Origin: an uncultured delta proteobacterium
Lineage (GTDB): Bacteria > Desulfobacterota > Binatia > UBA9968
Direction of reading: 5' to 3'
Length of the DNA stretch: 64,000 nucleotides
Assembly: GCA_963840855.1 (NCBI GenBank)
Contig: CAWJBB010000007.1
Location: 1-64,000 of the forward strand
Shown here one piece after another: positions 1 through 11,200 of this stretch. The stretch's first letter is position 1. Every line of letters begins with the position of its first letter. Under the pieces are notes generated by a model. It saw nothing but the letters and a program-made list of their open reading frames with translations, did no database searches and was not told the DNA's origin. Position numbers and translations under genes: made by a program.

Positions 1-1258
1 GTGCCCGAGCGCGCCATGGGCGATATGCGCGCGCAGTTAGCGTCGATCCGCACCGGCGAGCGCCGCGTCATGCAGTTGCTCAAGCGCTACGGAACCAGGC
101 GTTCAAAGACAGTATCGAGCTTGTCTACGAGCAGAGCGAAAAACTGGCGCGCGCGGCGGTGCGCCAGATCCCCGACGGCGTCTATGAAGCGGAGTCGTTC
201 ATGGACGATGACGGCGTCAATCACCTCAAACATATACCGATCAAGGTGCGCGTCGAAGTAAGAGACGACGAGATGACCATCGATCTGAGTGACGTGAGCC
301 CCCAGGTGGCCGGATATTATAATTCCGGCGTGACTGCGGGGTTATCCGCCGCCGAAGTTGTTTTCAAATGCATCACGACGCCGCTGCTTTTGCCGATCAA
401 CGACGGTTCGTTCCGTCCGATGAAGATCATACTTCCGCCGGGCCGCGTGGTGAGCGCCACCAAGCCGGCGCCGGTGCGCGTGTGGATGACCGTGCCGATG
501 ACCGTGTGCGACACGATTTTTCGAGCGCTGGCTCCCGCATGTCCGGACCGCACCATCGCCGGCCATTACGCCGACCTCTGCACGGTGAACCCGCACGGCT
601 TCGACGCCGAGACCGGGCGCTCTTTCTGGTCCCATCCGGCCACCCCGGCGGCGGTTGGGGCGCCAAGCACGACGAAGACGGCATGAACGCGACGGTTTGC
701 CTCAACGACGGTGACACGCATAACGCGCCGGTGGAGGCCACCGAAGCAAAGAATCCCATCATCGTCGAACACCGCGCGTTGCGCCAGGATTCCGGTGGCG
801 CGGGGAAGTTCCGGGGCGGCCTGGGAGTGTCTAACAAAGTGCGCATGCGCCGGCCGGCGACGATCGATGCCCATGTAGAGCGAACGATTTGTGCGCCCTG
901 GGGTCTGCACGGCGGCCAGGATGCGCTCGCGAACCGGATTTCCATCACGCGCGATGACGGCAAGGTCGAGCGATTCCCGACGGGCAAAATCAAACCCACC
1001 GAGATTGCCAAAGGCGATGGCTTTACCGTCGAGACTGCTGGCGGCGGCGGATTTTGGAGCCCGTTTGAGCGCGACCCCGAGCGCGTGCTCTGCGACGTGT
1101 GCTCCGGTTACGTCTCGCTGGAAGCGGCGCGGCGGGACTACGGCGTCGTGATTCGGCAACAAGGACGCCGATTCGAGCTAGATATTGAGGCGACCGCCGA
1201 GCTGCGCCAAAGCCGAGAACCAGGAGCAATAAGAGATTTTTACACAAAGGGCACATAG
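1..1258 (+). CDS. Hydantoinase B/oxoprolinase family protein, 5'-truncated by window edge; two apparent frameshifts (~97, ~630)
   Basis: ORF pieces 1-97, 159-630 and 630-1258 join collinearly with the intact paralogue at 4488-6230 (IPDGVYEAESFMDDDG, GGGWGA, NDGDTHNAPVE, DSGGAGKFRGGLG, GYVSLEAARRDYG). Confidence 0.88.
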
Positions 1259-1422
1259 AAAAGATTGAGGGGCAGCCCTATGTGGCTGCCCGGAGCGGCT
1301 GTCGGAGGGGAGAAATTTATCCGCAGAAGAACGTAAACGGCGCAATGAAGAGGGGACTCACCACGAAGTGTGTCATGAGCTTACGCTCGCCCACAGATCA
1401 TGAAAATGGAGGATTCCCCTTC

Positions 1423-1528
1423 GTAGCGCGGATGGAGCAAAGCGTAATCCGGGTTTCTTCATTCACGCAAGCCGTTGCCTCTGCCACGCCCGCACTTCCT
1501 GGATTCCGCTTCGCTCCATCCAGGCTAC
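1423..1528. repeat. REP-like inverted doublet (GTAG...CTAC)
   Basis: GTAGCGCGGATGGAGCAAAGCGTAATCCGGG ... CCTGGATTCCGCTTCGCTCCATCCAGGCTAC; similar copy at 2666-2730. Confidence 0.75.
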
Positions 1529-1811
1529 AATTCTAAAGCCCATCCTCACGCCCCGTATTTTTAAAAGGAGGCACGAAGGACACGAAGGCCAAAAAATTTA
1601 AACACAAGGGCACAGAAGTCACATAGAACAAGAAAGGTGCGCGAGTGCGCCCTCCGTTCCCCCCTCGACGGGGAAGATTAAGATGGGGGTGAACATCGAG
1701 CGAAAAGAGAAATTAGGCGCAAAGACGCAAAGGAAAAAAAATTCTCCCAAACATGCATCTTGGCGCGAGGAAAATCTTAACTTCTTGGTTTTTGTGCAAG
1801 GAGGGTGACCT

Positions 1812-2651
1812 ATGAAACAATTAACTGCCAACGTTTTCGTAGAGACCGGACTCAAGGGCGCCAATCACGGCTTCGTGACTACTACGGACGGCCTGGTTTT
1901 GATCGACACGCCGCACAAGCCTAGCGACGCGGTGCGGCTAAGAGGGGAGAGCGAACGGCACGGCCGGCTCCGCTACATCATTAATACCGAACCCCATGGC
2001 GACCACTGGACCGGAAATGCGTTTTTCAACGTTCCCGTGGTCGCGCAAGAAGGAGTGAGATCCCGCATCCTGGGCACTGATTTGGCCGCGCATGTGGCGC
2101 GCGTCGCCTCCTTCGGGCCGGAGGAGCCGAAACTTCTAGAGAATTATAAACCCAACGCGCCGGTGATCACGTTTCAGAGCGAGATGACTTTGCACGTGGG
2201 CAACCACACCTTCCGCATGGTGCACATGCCCGGCCACACGGCGTATCAAGCCGCGGTGATCGTGGTGGAAGAGGGCGTTGTCTTCACCAGCGACAACATC
2301 TTCTGCAAGGTGCAGACTTGGCTCCAGGAAGCCAACCCGGACCATTGGGTGAAAGCGCTGGACTCGCTGCGCGCGCTGCGCGAAGAAACCTTTGTCCCCG
2401 GTCACGGCCCGGTGTGCGATAAGCGATACCTCGACGAGCAAGGCTCGTTCATCCGGGAATGGGTCGAGTACGTGGGCGGCGGCATCGGCCGCGGCATGAC
2501 CAAAGACGAGTGCGTGGCCAACCTCACGGCGATGACCGACAGATATCCGATGGACGTCGGCCAGGACGGCATGTCGCCCCACGTGATGCGACTGAACGCC
2601 GCCAACCTTTACGACTACCTGACCGGCGCAGGCATCCACGCCCAGAGATGA
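1812..2651 (+). CDS. MBL-fold metallo-hydrolase (cyclase-like)
   Basis: Motifs LIDT, TEPHGDH, PGHT, SD, PGHG; RBS GGAGGG upstream. Confidence 0.88.
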   Translation: MKQLTANVFVETGLKGANHGFVTTTDGLVLIDTPHKPSDAVRLRGESERHGRLRYIINTEPHGDHWTGNAFFNVPVVAQEGVRSRILGTDLAAHVARVASFGPEEPKLLENYKPNAPVITFQSEMTLHVGNHTFRMVHMPGHTAYQAAVIVVEEGVVFTSDNIFCKVQTWLQEANPDHWVKALDSLRALREETFVPGHGPVCDKRYLDEQGSFIREWVEYVGGGIGRGMTKDECVANLTAMTDRYPMDVGQDGMSPHVMRLNAANLYDYLTGAGIHAQR

Positions 2652-2665
2652 TAGTTGTCAGGGAC

Positions 2666-2730
2666 GTAGCCGGGATGAAGTGAAACGTAATCCAGGGTCC
2701 CGGATTTCGCTCACGCTCCATCCGGGCTAC
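2666..2730. repeat. REP-like inverted doublet (GTAG...CTAC)
   Basis: GTAGCCGGGATGAAGTGAAACGTAATCCAGGG-TCCCGGATTTCGCTCACGCTCCATCCGGGCTAC, same family as 1423-1528. Confidence 0.75.
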
Positions 2731-2917
2731 GAACTAACAAGTGCAGTTCCCGATATAACAATTCTAGCAATCATCTACGCAAGGGAGAGATAGAGCATTA
2801 GCGCAAAGGCGCTAAGGCCGCCAAGTTACGTAGAAAAGAGAAATGACACGAAACCCGAAATCCGAATTCTGAACTGTATGAGCCCTCATCCGTTCGAGAT
2901 AGCATCTGTAAAGTTCG

Positions 2918-2980
2918 GCAAAGCAGATAGGTCTGACGATTCCGCCGAACGTGCTGGCTCGGGCGGATAGGGTGATTCGT
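2918..2980 (+). pseudogene. Remnant 3' tail of a paralogous ABC_sub_bind-type binding-protein gene
   Basis: Encodes [21 protein letters not shown]; 57/63 nt identical to 3941-4003. Confidence 0.8.
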
Positions 2981-3017
2981 GAGGCGTGAGGCGAAAGGCG
3001 TGAGAGGGAAGACCGGA

Positions 3018-4006
3018 ATGCAATTAATGATTGGAGAAAATCATATCTGGCTACTGGAAACTCTCTTGCTTACTAGTGCCCCTCCTGTGGAGGCGCAGCA
3101 GCCCAAGAAGGTCCCGCGAGTAGGCTATTTGGCCGCCGTCTCCGCTTCCGCTGACGCGCCGCGTCTGGAGGCATTCCGGCAAGGGCTACGTAATCTCGGC
3201 TATGTTGAGGGGCAGAACATCACCATTGATTTCCGACACACGGACAAGTTCGAGCGGCTTCCCGACCTTGCCTCCGAGCTGGTCCATCTAAAGATTGACG
3301 TACTCGTGGCGGTCACAACCAATGCTGCTCTAGCTGCCAAGAACGCTACTAACACGATTCCCATCGTTTTTATGGGTGTGACTGATCCTGTTGTGGCTGG
3401 GCTGGTCGACAGCTTGGCGCGACCTGGAGGAAACAGCACGGGAATCACCAACATTGCGGCGATTTTGACTGGCAAACGACTGGAGCTGCTCAAGGGAACC
3501 GTTCCAAAGCTTTCCCGAGTTGCGGTCCTGTGGGATCCCCAGGCTCCAGGCTCTGCACCACAATGGAAAGAAAGCCTACTGCCGGCACGGGAACTGGGTC
3601 TGCGACTCTATTCTATGGAGGTAAGCAGTGCCGACAAATACCCGGACGCGTTCAAAGAGGCAATTAAGGCGCGTAGCGCCGCTCTCGCCGTGACGCTGAA
3701 CCCGGTGGCCAATTCTAACCAAAAAAAGATCGCCGACCTGGCGACCAATAATCGATTGCCAGCGATATGCGCTCGGGCAGATTATGTGGACAACGGTTGC
3801 CTGATGTCCTACGGACCCGGATACGATACCGGGGGCCGAGACGGTGCTCGATACGTCGACAAGATTTTAAGGGCACCAAGCCCGCTGATCTCCCGGTGGA
3901 GCAGCCGAAGAAGTTCGAGTTCATCGTAAACTTAAAATCAGCAAAGCAGATCGGCCTGAAGATTCCGCCCAACGTGCTGGCGCGGGCGGATAGAGTGATT
4001 CGTTAG
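3018..4006 (+). CDS. ABC transporter substrate-binding protein (ABC_sub_bind type), frameshift near 3869
   Basis: [41 protein letters not shown]; C-terminus ([20 protein letters not shown]...ARADRVIR) continues in another frame. Confidence 0.88.
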
Positions 4007-4123
4007 GCGCGAGCATAATAATTTTGTGGTTCGATGGGGTGCGGGGGCCGTCTTAGGGTGGATAAGAAACGACATTGACACAGAATAGATTTAATAGGTC
4101 AAGAATCAGAAAGGAGCATCTTA

Positions 4124-4441
4124 ATGAGTCAATTGCGCAGGATTCGATCGTGCCTGGTTCTAACCGGAACCATGGCGTTGTTTAGTTCCGTTCTATGGGC
4201 GGCTGAAGGCATCATTTACAAGAACCCGGACGCCACTGGCGCGTATTGTCATTTAAAATTTCCGGCGATTAGAGAGGACACGCTGTCGTGGGATCGTCCG
4301 GTGCTGAAGGACCCGAGTGAGGGCGATATCATCGACTTCTATGGTCCTTGCAACCACGATCCACTGGGCAGGGAGCAGGTCCTCCGCCAGAGGGCCGACG
4401 CGCGGCGCCAGCGTGATCGATTCGACGGCGAGTCCGGCTGA
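4124..4441 (+). CDS. Small secreted hypothetical protein
   Basis: AAGGAG RBS, signal-peptide-like N-terminus, 105 aa, two Cys in the mature part. Confidence 0.65.
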   Translation: MSQLRRIRSCLVLTGTMALFSSVLWAAEGIIYKNPDATGAYCHLKFPAIREDTLSWDRPVLKDPSEGDIIDFYGPCNHDPLGREQVLRQRADARRQRDRFDGESG

Positions 4442-4487
4442 AAAACGAAGAGGGGCGACATTGGACTCGAAGGGCAACGAGGATAGG

Positions 4488-6230
4488 ATGGACGCTTTCA
4501 CCGCCGAGGTCATCCGCAACACCGTGGTGGCTATCACCGATGAGATGAAAACGAATCTCATGCGCACCGCCTATAACATGATCATCTACGAAGCGGAGGA
4601 CTTTACCGTCGGGCTGTTCGACGCCGACGGCAACACGATCTCCATTGGGCTCGGGCTGCCGATGTTCATCCGCGGCCTCTCCGATGCCGTCAAGGCCAAA
4701 ATCTCCTACTGGGGCAAGGAAAACATCGAGCCCGGAGACATTCTCCTCACCAATGACCCGCAGGTGATGGGCAGCCATTTAAACCATATGATTTTCACCT
4801 TGCCGATTTTTCATGAAGGCGAGCTGGTCGCCTTTTCATCGTCAATGGGCCATTGGCAGGACGTCGGCGGAGTGCTCGGCGCGGTTACGCGGGATATCTT
4901 TTCCGAAGGGCTGCAAATGCCGTTCGTGAAAATATTCAAGCGCGGCGAGCAGGACATGGAGATCACTTCGATCATCCGCACCAACTGCCGCCTGCCGGCC
5001 CTGGCCATGGGCGATTTCCGCGCGCAGATCGCGTCCATCCGGACAGGCGAGCGCCGTCTCACGCAACTCATCCAGCGCTACGGCGCCGAAACTTTCAAAG
5101 AGAGCGTGCGGCTGATTTTCGATCAGAGCGAGAAAATGGCGCGCGCGGCGGTACAAAAAATTCCCGACGGCGTCTACGAGGCGGAATCGTACATGGACGA
5201 CGACGGCGTAAATCTCGGCAAACACATTCCGATCAAAGTCCGTGTCGTGGTTAAAAGCGACGAGATGACCGTCGACCTGAGCGGCGTCAGCCCGCAGGTC
5301 GCAGGACCTTATAATTCGGGCGCCACCGCGGGCCGTTCGGCCTCGGAAGTGGCGTTTAAGTTTCTCACCACGCCGCTGTTGCTGCCGATCAATGAAGGCT
5401 CGTTTCGCCCTTTGAAAGTCGAATTGCCGCCGGGGCGGGTGGTGAGCGCCACTAAACCGGCGCCGGTGCGCACTTGGATGACGGTGCCAATGACCGTCAG
5501 CGACACGATTTTCAAAGCGCTCGCTACCGCCCGTACCGATAATCTACTCGCCGGTCATCACGCCGACCTCGCCGCGCCGCGGGTGTTCGGCCTCGATCCC
5601 AAAACCGGCCGCGCGTCTCATTTTCCACCGATGCTTTCGGGTGGCGGTTGGGGCGCGCTCAGCGACGCGGACGGCCAGAACGCGACCTTCTGCATCAACG
5701 ACGGCGATACTCACAACACGCCGGTGGAAGCGGGAGAGGGCCGCGCGCCGATTTTCGTCAGCTATCGAAGGCTCAGGCAAGATTCCGGCGGACCGGGAAA
5801 ATTTCGCGGCGGCCTCGGTGTCGCCCAGGAAGTACGTCTGCTCGCGCCCGGCAACGTGCTGTCGGCGATGGAGCGCGCGCTTTGCGCCCCGTGGGGACTC
5901 CACGGCGGCCATGCGGCGTTGGCCAATCGTTTCAGCGTGGTGCGCCAGGACGGCGCCGTCGAAAGATTCGCCACGGGTAAAACTCCCGGCCATGTCGGTC
6001 TTCAAGCCGGCGATGGATTCCTGGTGGAAGTCGGCGGTGGCGGCGGTTACTGGGACCCTTTCGAACGCGACGCCGAGCGCGTGGTCGACGACGTGCGCGC
6101 TGGCTATGTTTCGCTGGAAGCGGCACGGCGTGATTATGGTGTGGTTATTCGTCAACAGGGGCGGCGTTACGAAATCGATTTGTCGGCGACAGCGGAGTTG
6201 CGCAAACAAGCCGTGAACATCTTTAAGTGA
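4488..6230 (+). CDS. Hydantoinase B/oxoprolinase family protein
   Basis: MDAFTAEVIRN start, RTAYNMIIYEAEDF, NDP..GSHLNH, HWQDVGG, DSGGPGKFRGGLG. Confidence 0.93.
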   Translation: MDAFTAEVIRNTVVAITDEMKTNLMRTAYNMIIYEAEDFTVGLFDADGNTISIGLGLPMFIRGLSDAVKAKISYWGKENIEPGDILLTNDPQVMGSHLNHMIFTLPIFHEGELVAFSSSMGHWQDVGGVLGAVTRDIFSEGLQMPFVKIFKRGEQDMEITSIIRTNCRLPALAMGDFRAQIASIRTGERRLTQLIQRYGAETFKESVRLIFDQSEKMARAAVQKIPDGVYEAESYMDDDGVNLGKHIPIKVRVVVKSDEMTVDLSGVSPQVAGPYNSGATAGRSASEVAFKFLTTPLLLPINEGSFRPLKVELPPGRVVSATKPAPVRTWMTVPMTVSDTIFKALATARTDNLLAGHHADLAAPRVFGLDPKTGRASHFPPMLSGGGWGALSDADGQNATFCINDGDTHNTPVEAGEGRAPIFVSYRRLRQDSGGPGKFRGGLGVAQEVRLLAPGNVLSAMERALCAPWGLHGGHAALANRFSVVRQDGAVERFATGKTPGHVGLQAGDGFLVEVGGGGGYWDPFERDAERVVDDVRAGYVSLEAARRDYGVVIRQQGRRYEIDLSATAELRKQAVNIFK

Positions 6231-6231
6231 A

Positions 6232-6263
6232 CCGTTCAAGCCGTTCAAGTCGTTCAAAGCGTT
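6232..6263. repeat. Nonamer tandem repeat (CGTTCAANN)n
   Basis: ccgttcaagccgttcaagtcgttcaaagcgttg; family recurs across the window. Confidence 0.7.
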
Positions 6264-6282
6264 GGGTCAAGAGGAGAAAGTC

Positions 6283-7278
6283 ATGCCAAGAAAAACAATC
6301 GCCGGCAATTATCTGATCGCAATAGTAACCGGCGCCATATCTTTCTTCTCCGCTACGCAGCACGTTCGTGCGCAGGAGGCAAAAACCAAGATCAGAATAT
6401 CGTATCCCACCGCTTCGATCTGCTGCATCCCGCTCTTCGCCGCGCAGCAGTGGAAGATATTCGAGGAAAACGGCTTGGAAGTGGAAAGCATTCAGATGCG
6501 CTCGCAGGCGGCCAACGCGGCATTGGTAAGCGGCGATATTCATTACGTCGCCGGCGTCGGTCCCAGCTCGGTAGTCGCAACGCTGAGAGGTCTTCCGTCA
6601 AAAGCCGTTTGGTTCGCGTCCGATCAGTTGATCTACTCGCTCATGTCCCGGCCCGAAATAAAGACGTTGAAAGAACTTAGAGGAAAAAGGATTGGCGTCA
6701 CCGGTTTTGGCGGCACGGCGGAAGTGGCGCTCAAGATTTCCCTGGAAGCCGTAGGTGAAAATCCCAAGGACTTCGTGATGGTGCCGCTGGCGGGGGCGCA
6801 ATACATCACGGCTCTGGAGACTGGCACCATCGAGGCGGCGCAGCTCAATCCGCCGCTGGTCTATTACGCCAAAAAAAAGGGCTTCCGCGAGCTGCTCGAC
6901 ATGGGGCCCTACGTGAAAATGCCCCTTGGCGGCGTAACAGCGTCGCAGTCGGCGATTCAAAACCGCGCGGTGGAGCTAAAGCGGGTGCTTAAGTCTTTGC
7001 AGTCGGCGAAACGAATGTCGCTACAAGCGAAGGACCGAACCGTGGACTTGATGGTGCGCACGCTCAAGGTCGACCGCGAAACCGCCGAGGAAGCCTTTGG
7101 CGAGTACCGCAAAACTATCAGCGGCAATGGCGTGCCGACCCGCGAAGGTATCGAGCAGATAATCAAATCGGTGCAGTTGCTGGGCCAATTTCCCGGGCGA
7201 AAAATCGCTTTCGAAGAAGTCGCCGATGCGCGCATCGCCAGAGAGGTGGCGAAGGAGTTGGGTTACAAAGTCGATTGA
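6283..7278 (+). CDS. ABC substrate-binding protein, NMT1/SsuA/THI5-like
   Basis: Signal peptide, IFEENGLEVE, AALVSGDIHY, LKELRGKRIGVTGFGG; GAGGAG RBS. Confidence 0.88.
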   Translation: MPRKTIAGNYLIAIVTGAISFFSATQHVRAQEAKTKIRISYPTASICCIPLFAAQQWKIFEENGLEVESIQMRSQAANAALVSGDIHYVAGVGPSSVVATLRGLPSKAVWFASDQLIYSLMSRPEIKTLKELRGKRIGVTGFGGTAEVALKISLEAVGENPKDFVMVPLAGAQYITALETGTIEAAQLNPPLVYYAKKKGFRELLDMGPYVKMPLGGVTASQSAIQNRAVELKRVLKSLQSAKRMSLQAKDRTVDLMVRTLKVDRETAEEAFGEYRKTISGNGVPTREGIEQIIKSVQLLGQFPGRKIAFEEVADARIAREVAKELGYKVD

Positions 7279-7412
7279 GAAATCCGCGTCGCTCTACCTG
7301 CAAAATCAGATTGTCACCGGCAAAGTTTGGCCGATTGGTGTTTACCTCGTACCACAAAATAATCGGACGTGAGTGCGGGGATGAATGTTCTGAAATCCTG
7401 CTAAGCACAGTG

Positions 7413-7447
7413 CCCCAAAGCCACGGACGTAAGTCCGTGGCACGGGG
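7413..7447. terminator. Perfect hairpin GCCACGGAC-GTAA-GTCCGTGGC between convergent genes (terminator or REP/IS200-IS605-like end)
   Basis: 9-bp stem 7420-7441 with flanking CCCC/GGGG, immediately after the stop of the minus-strand response regulator. Confidence 0.5.
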
Positions 7448-7448
7448 T

Positions 7449-8180
7449 TTACTGTTGAGCCTTGGGGTCAGGGGTCGGGGGATAGACGGTAACGATTCCG
7501 CCTGCCAGTAGATCGCTCAGATCCGACAAGAGATGGATGGTAGCCTCAGTGAGTCTGGTTTCAGCGGCGAGAATGACGGTATCATCTTTGGCTTTTATAT
7601 TTTGCGCCACGCGCATTCCTACGCGCAACTCGGCGAGAGGTAGTTCAACTTGACGTTGTCGCCCGTGACCAGCCGCGGCGGCCGCTACGCTGTCTGTGGG
7701 TTTACGCTCAATTTTAAGTCGCGCCCTGCGTAAACTGGCGAGATCGGTCACCACAGAACCATAGTCGCTGTCTGATCGCAGAATCAATTGCTGGGCCAGA
7801 GCCCTGGTGATTTTATCCAGGATTACGCCTGACTTGAAGGGTTTTACAATGAAGCCGTTAACATCCAGCGCCATCGCAGCGCTCAGCACATCGGTATCGG
7901 AGTGAGACGTTAAGACAATGAAAGGCAGGTCGCGTGGAGTGTAAGTTTGTCCGGTGCGAATGCGGCGCAGCAACTCCAAACCATTAATTCCAGGCATCTC
8001 AATTTCGCCAAGAATGAGATCGACTCTTTGGTCATCGAGTAGTGAAATTGCCGTGACACCTGAAAACGCCTCTTTGGTCCCACGGAAGTCCATAGATTTT
8101 AATACGTCGCGCAGCTTGCGCTGCTGAAACGGCTCGACTTAAACGACTAGAATACGGACTTGACGCATGATTGTAGTCAT
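7449..8180 (-). pseudogene. Response regulator (REC plus small C-terminal domain) with in-frame TAA
   Basis: Reads MTTIMRQVRILVV*VEPFQQRKL...MPGINGLELL...FIVLT...FIVKP; TAA at 8139-8141; phospho-Asp position also altered (LILGEIEMP). Confidence 0.8.
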
Positions 8181-8294
8181 TTCCATACAGTCTTTTGCCT
8201 AAATAAGCCGTAATCTGGATATGGCCACGATCGGCGTCATGAGATCATTTATTAACCGCATCAGCGCGCTGAGGGTCATGCATATTGTTCATGA

Positions 8295-11200
8295 CTAGTT
8301 CACTTTCGACAGGTAATGGGTGAGCCGCTCGGCTTCTCGGAAGAAAGCCTGGCGCATATCTCTAAACTGGGCGTTGTCGCCCGCGTTTGCGGTCACCTCG
8401 ATACGCTCACAGGCAAGACTGAGCCCCACCGCGCCGATCGTTCGCGCAGCGCCTTTGAGACGATGGGCGGCGGTTTTGATCGCTGCCATGTCAATCTCAT
8501 CCAGCGCTTGCTTTACAGGAAGAAACAGGCCCTCCTGCTGTTCGCGGAAGCTACGCAAGAATTGCATCGCCAGTTCCTCGTCATTTCCGGTAATTTCCAG
8601 CAAGATCGCGCGGTCGACAATGGTTGAGGGATCCGTCCCGTTCGAACGGGTTTGATGGGGCCCAAGCGCGGGATCATCCTTTTGCTTACTCGCATCAACG
8701 GCCTTTATCCAGATATCGAGCTTATCCCTGATCTGCTGAAGGGTTACGGGCTTAAAGAGATGATCATTCATGCCGGCTTCATAACAGCGGTCGATATCCG
8801 CTGATTGAACATTGGCCGTGCAGGCAACGATCGGAATCGGAGATTTTGCCTCGGCGTGTTCGCGCCGCCGGATTTCCTGGGCTAACTGGTATCCGTCCAT
8901 GCCGGGCATCTGGCAATCGATCAGGACCAGCGAGTAACTGCGATGGCGCAGCAGACCGAGTGCCTCGCCACCGCTTGCCGCCGAGTCTGCGGGATAACCG
9001 AGATTGTTGATTTGTCGAAGCAACACGTTGCGATTGAGCTAGTTGTCATCGACAACGAGAACCCATGGCAATTCCTTTTTAACTTGGAGGGCGGCATCGG
9101 CTTTCAACGGCCCATGGCACGGCTTGGCGGCTGAGCTTGTGGAAACCGATGGGTCTGCTCGTTGCAAATCCAAGAACAGTGTGGCAACGGTGCCCGCGCC
9201 TAGCCTGCTTTCTATTGTCAAAGATCCGCCCATGAGCTCGACGAGCTTTCGCGAGATAGCCAATCCCAGCCCGGTTCCATTGGCGCGGTGGCTATTGGCG
9301 CTATCGAATTGTGTGAACGGTTGAAACAGGCTCGCCAGATCCTCTGAGCTGATCCCTATGCCGGGATCGATCACATCGATGCGCGCCTTGATCGCGGTAT
9401 CGTCGGAATCGGTTATTCTCGCGCGCAGCGTGATGCAGCCGCTATCGGTAAACTTGATGGCGTTGCTGATCAAATTCAGAAGGACTTGACGCACTCTCAC
9501 GACGTCGATCAGAACCGTTGAGGAGATGTCGTCCTCCGCATCCAGCTTAAGAGTGAGTCCCTTCTCCCTCGCGCGGGGCAAAAAAAGCGCTTGAACCGAA
9601 TCCACGATACTCGCGATAGACTCCGGCTCTTTGACGATTTCCAATTTGCCCGCCTCGATTTTTGAAAAGTCGAGAACATCATTGATGATGTTCAGGAGAG
9701 ACTCCGAAGCGACGCGCAGGGTACTGAGCATCTCTTTGTGTTCGCCGTCTTTGACGGACTGTTCGAGGAGTTCGGCCAACCCGACAACGGCATTCATCGG
9801 CGTCCGGATCTCGTGACTCATCGTGGCCAGAAACGTGCTCTTTGCGCGGTTGGCCGCTTCGGCGGTCTCTTTCGCCTGCGCCAACTGTTCCGTGCGACTC
9901 GCAATTCTTTGTTCAAGTTCGGCATTGAGCGCTTGAAGTTTATCTTCCGCGTTACGCCGGGCAATTTTACTCGCCAGAAGATCGGCCACCGAGCCCAATG
10001 CTTCCAAACTGTCGTTATCGAACCGTTCGTGAGCGAAAACGCCGATGACACCCGTCAGAACGCCATCGACAATCAGCGGGTGGCCCGCGAAGGCCACGAT
10101 CCCTTGACTCGCAAGATTTTCCTTGTCCCGAATATCGGGGTCGACGGAAATATCATCCGTGTGCAGAGGCCGCTTAAAGGCCGCAATGTTACCCACTTTA
10201 CCGACGCCCAACGGGATGCGTTGAAAGTCAAACGTCGGAGTTCGCCCAGGCGTCGCTGCCAGCGCTGCTATGCAGCACCAGAGTATTGTCTCCCTCGTCG
10301 ATCACCCAGAGGCCGACGACGGTTCCGTTTAGGTAGGATAAAATCGATTGTGTCACGAGTCGCAGCGTAACCTCCAGCGGATCGCGGCGATTGAATGTAT
10401 CGTCGATTTCCCCGCGCAGCCAGACGACCCGCCGCTCGCGGATCTGCTGAATCTCCGCCCGCACGCGACTCCTGATGTCGCGAACGGTTGCTACGACCGT
10501 CGTTCCCGCGTGACGTCTCCATCGGGGTGAGGCTGATTTCCACAGGCAGAATCGTGCCGTCCTTATGCAAACCGTGCAGCTTCAATCCGCTGGCATCCAT
10601 CGGGCTAACACGCTCGGCGGGCGCTTTCACCGGTATGAGCACTTCTACCGGCTGGCCGATGAGTTCCCTCCGATTCCAGCCAAACAGCGATTCCACCTGC
10701 CGGTTCACAAGCGTGATGATGCCGTCGCGGTTGGCTATCAATAAGCCATCCGGCGCTATCTCAAACAGATTTTCAAAATTGCGCTCGGCGCATTTACGGT
10801 CGTCGATGTTGATCAGCACGCCGATAATGGCTGAGGTGTGTCCTGCCTCAACCACCGGGCTTTCGTGGACCTCTACCCAGAGCTTGCGGCCCGTGCGGGT
10901 TTTTAGTTCCAATTCGTAAGGGGGTTGTGACTGGCCGGTTTGAATCGCGTGTTCGGTCCGCTCAATAGCGATCTGATTGGCTGGGTTGTCGGCAATAAAC
11001 TCCCGCCAGCAGACCGTTGCCTCGTGCGGCTCGCAGTCAAAAAAGGCACGTGACTGAGGGCTGACATATGTCAGCCAATAGTCGGGAGTGCGGGAATAGA
11101 ACAACCCGGTGCTGTGCTCGATGAGCATGCGGATTTTTTTCTCGCTATCGCGGAGCGCCGTTCGGCGGCGACTCGCTCCCGGTCCACTGCGCTTTCGCGC

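Noticed and set aside
7413-7452. IS200/IS605 element
   Set aside because: Only a single hairpin; no tnpA or tnpB ORF nearby
9039-9041. In-frame TAG as pyrrolysine or stop-codon reassignment
   Set aside because: The gene also has frameshifts, the neighbour has an in-frame TAA, many intact genes here end in TAG, and no pyl genes are present
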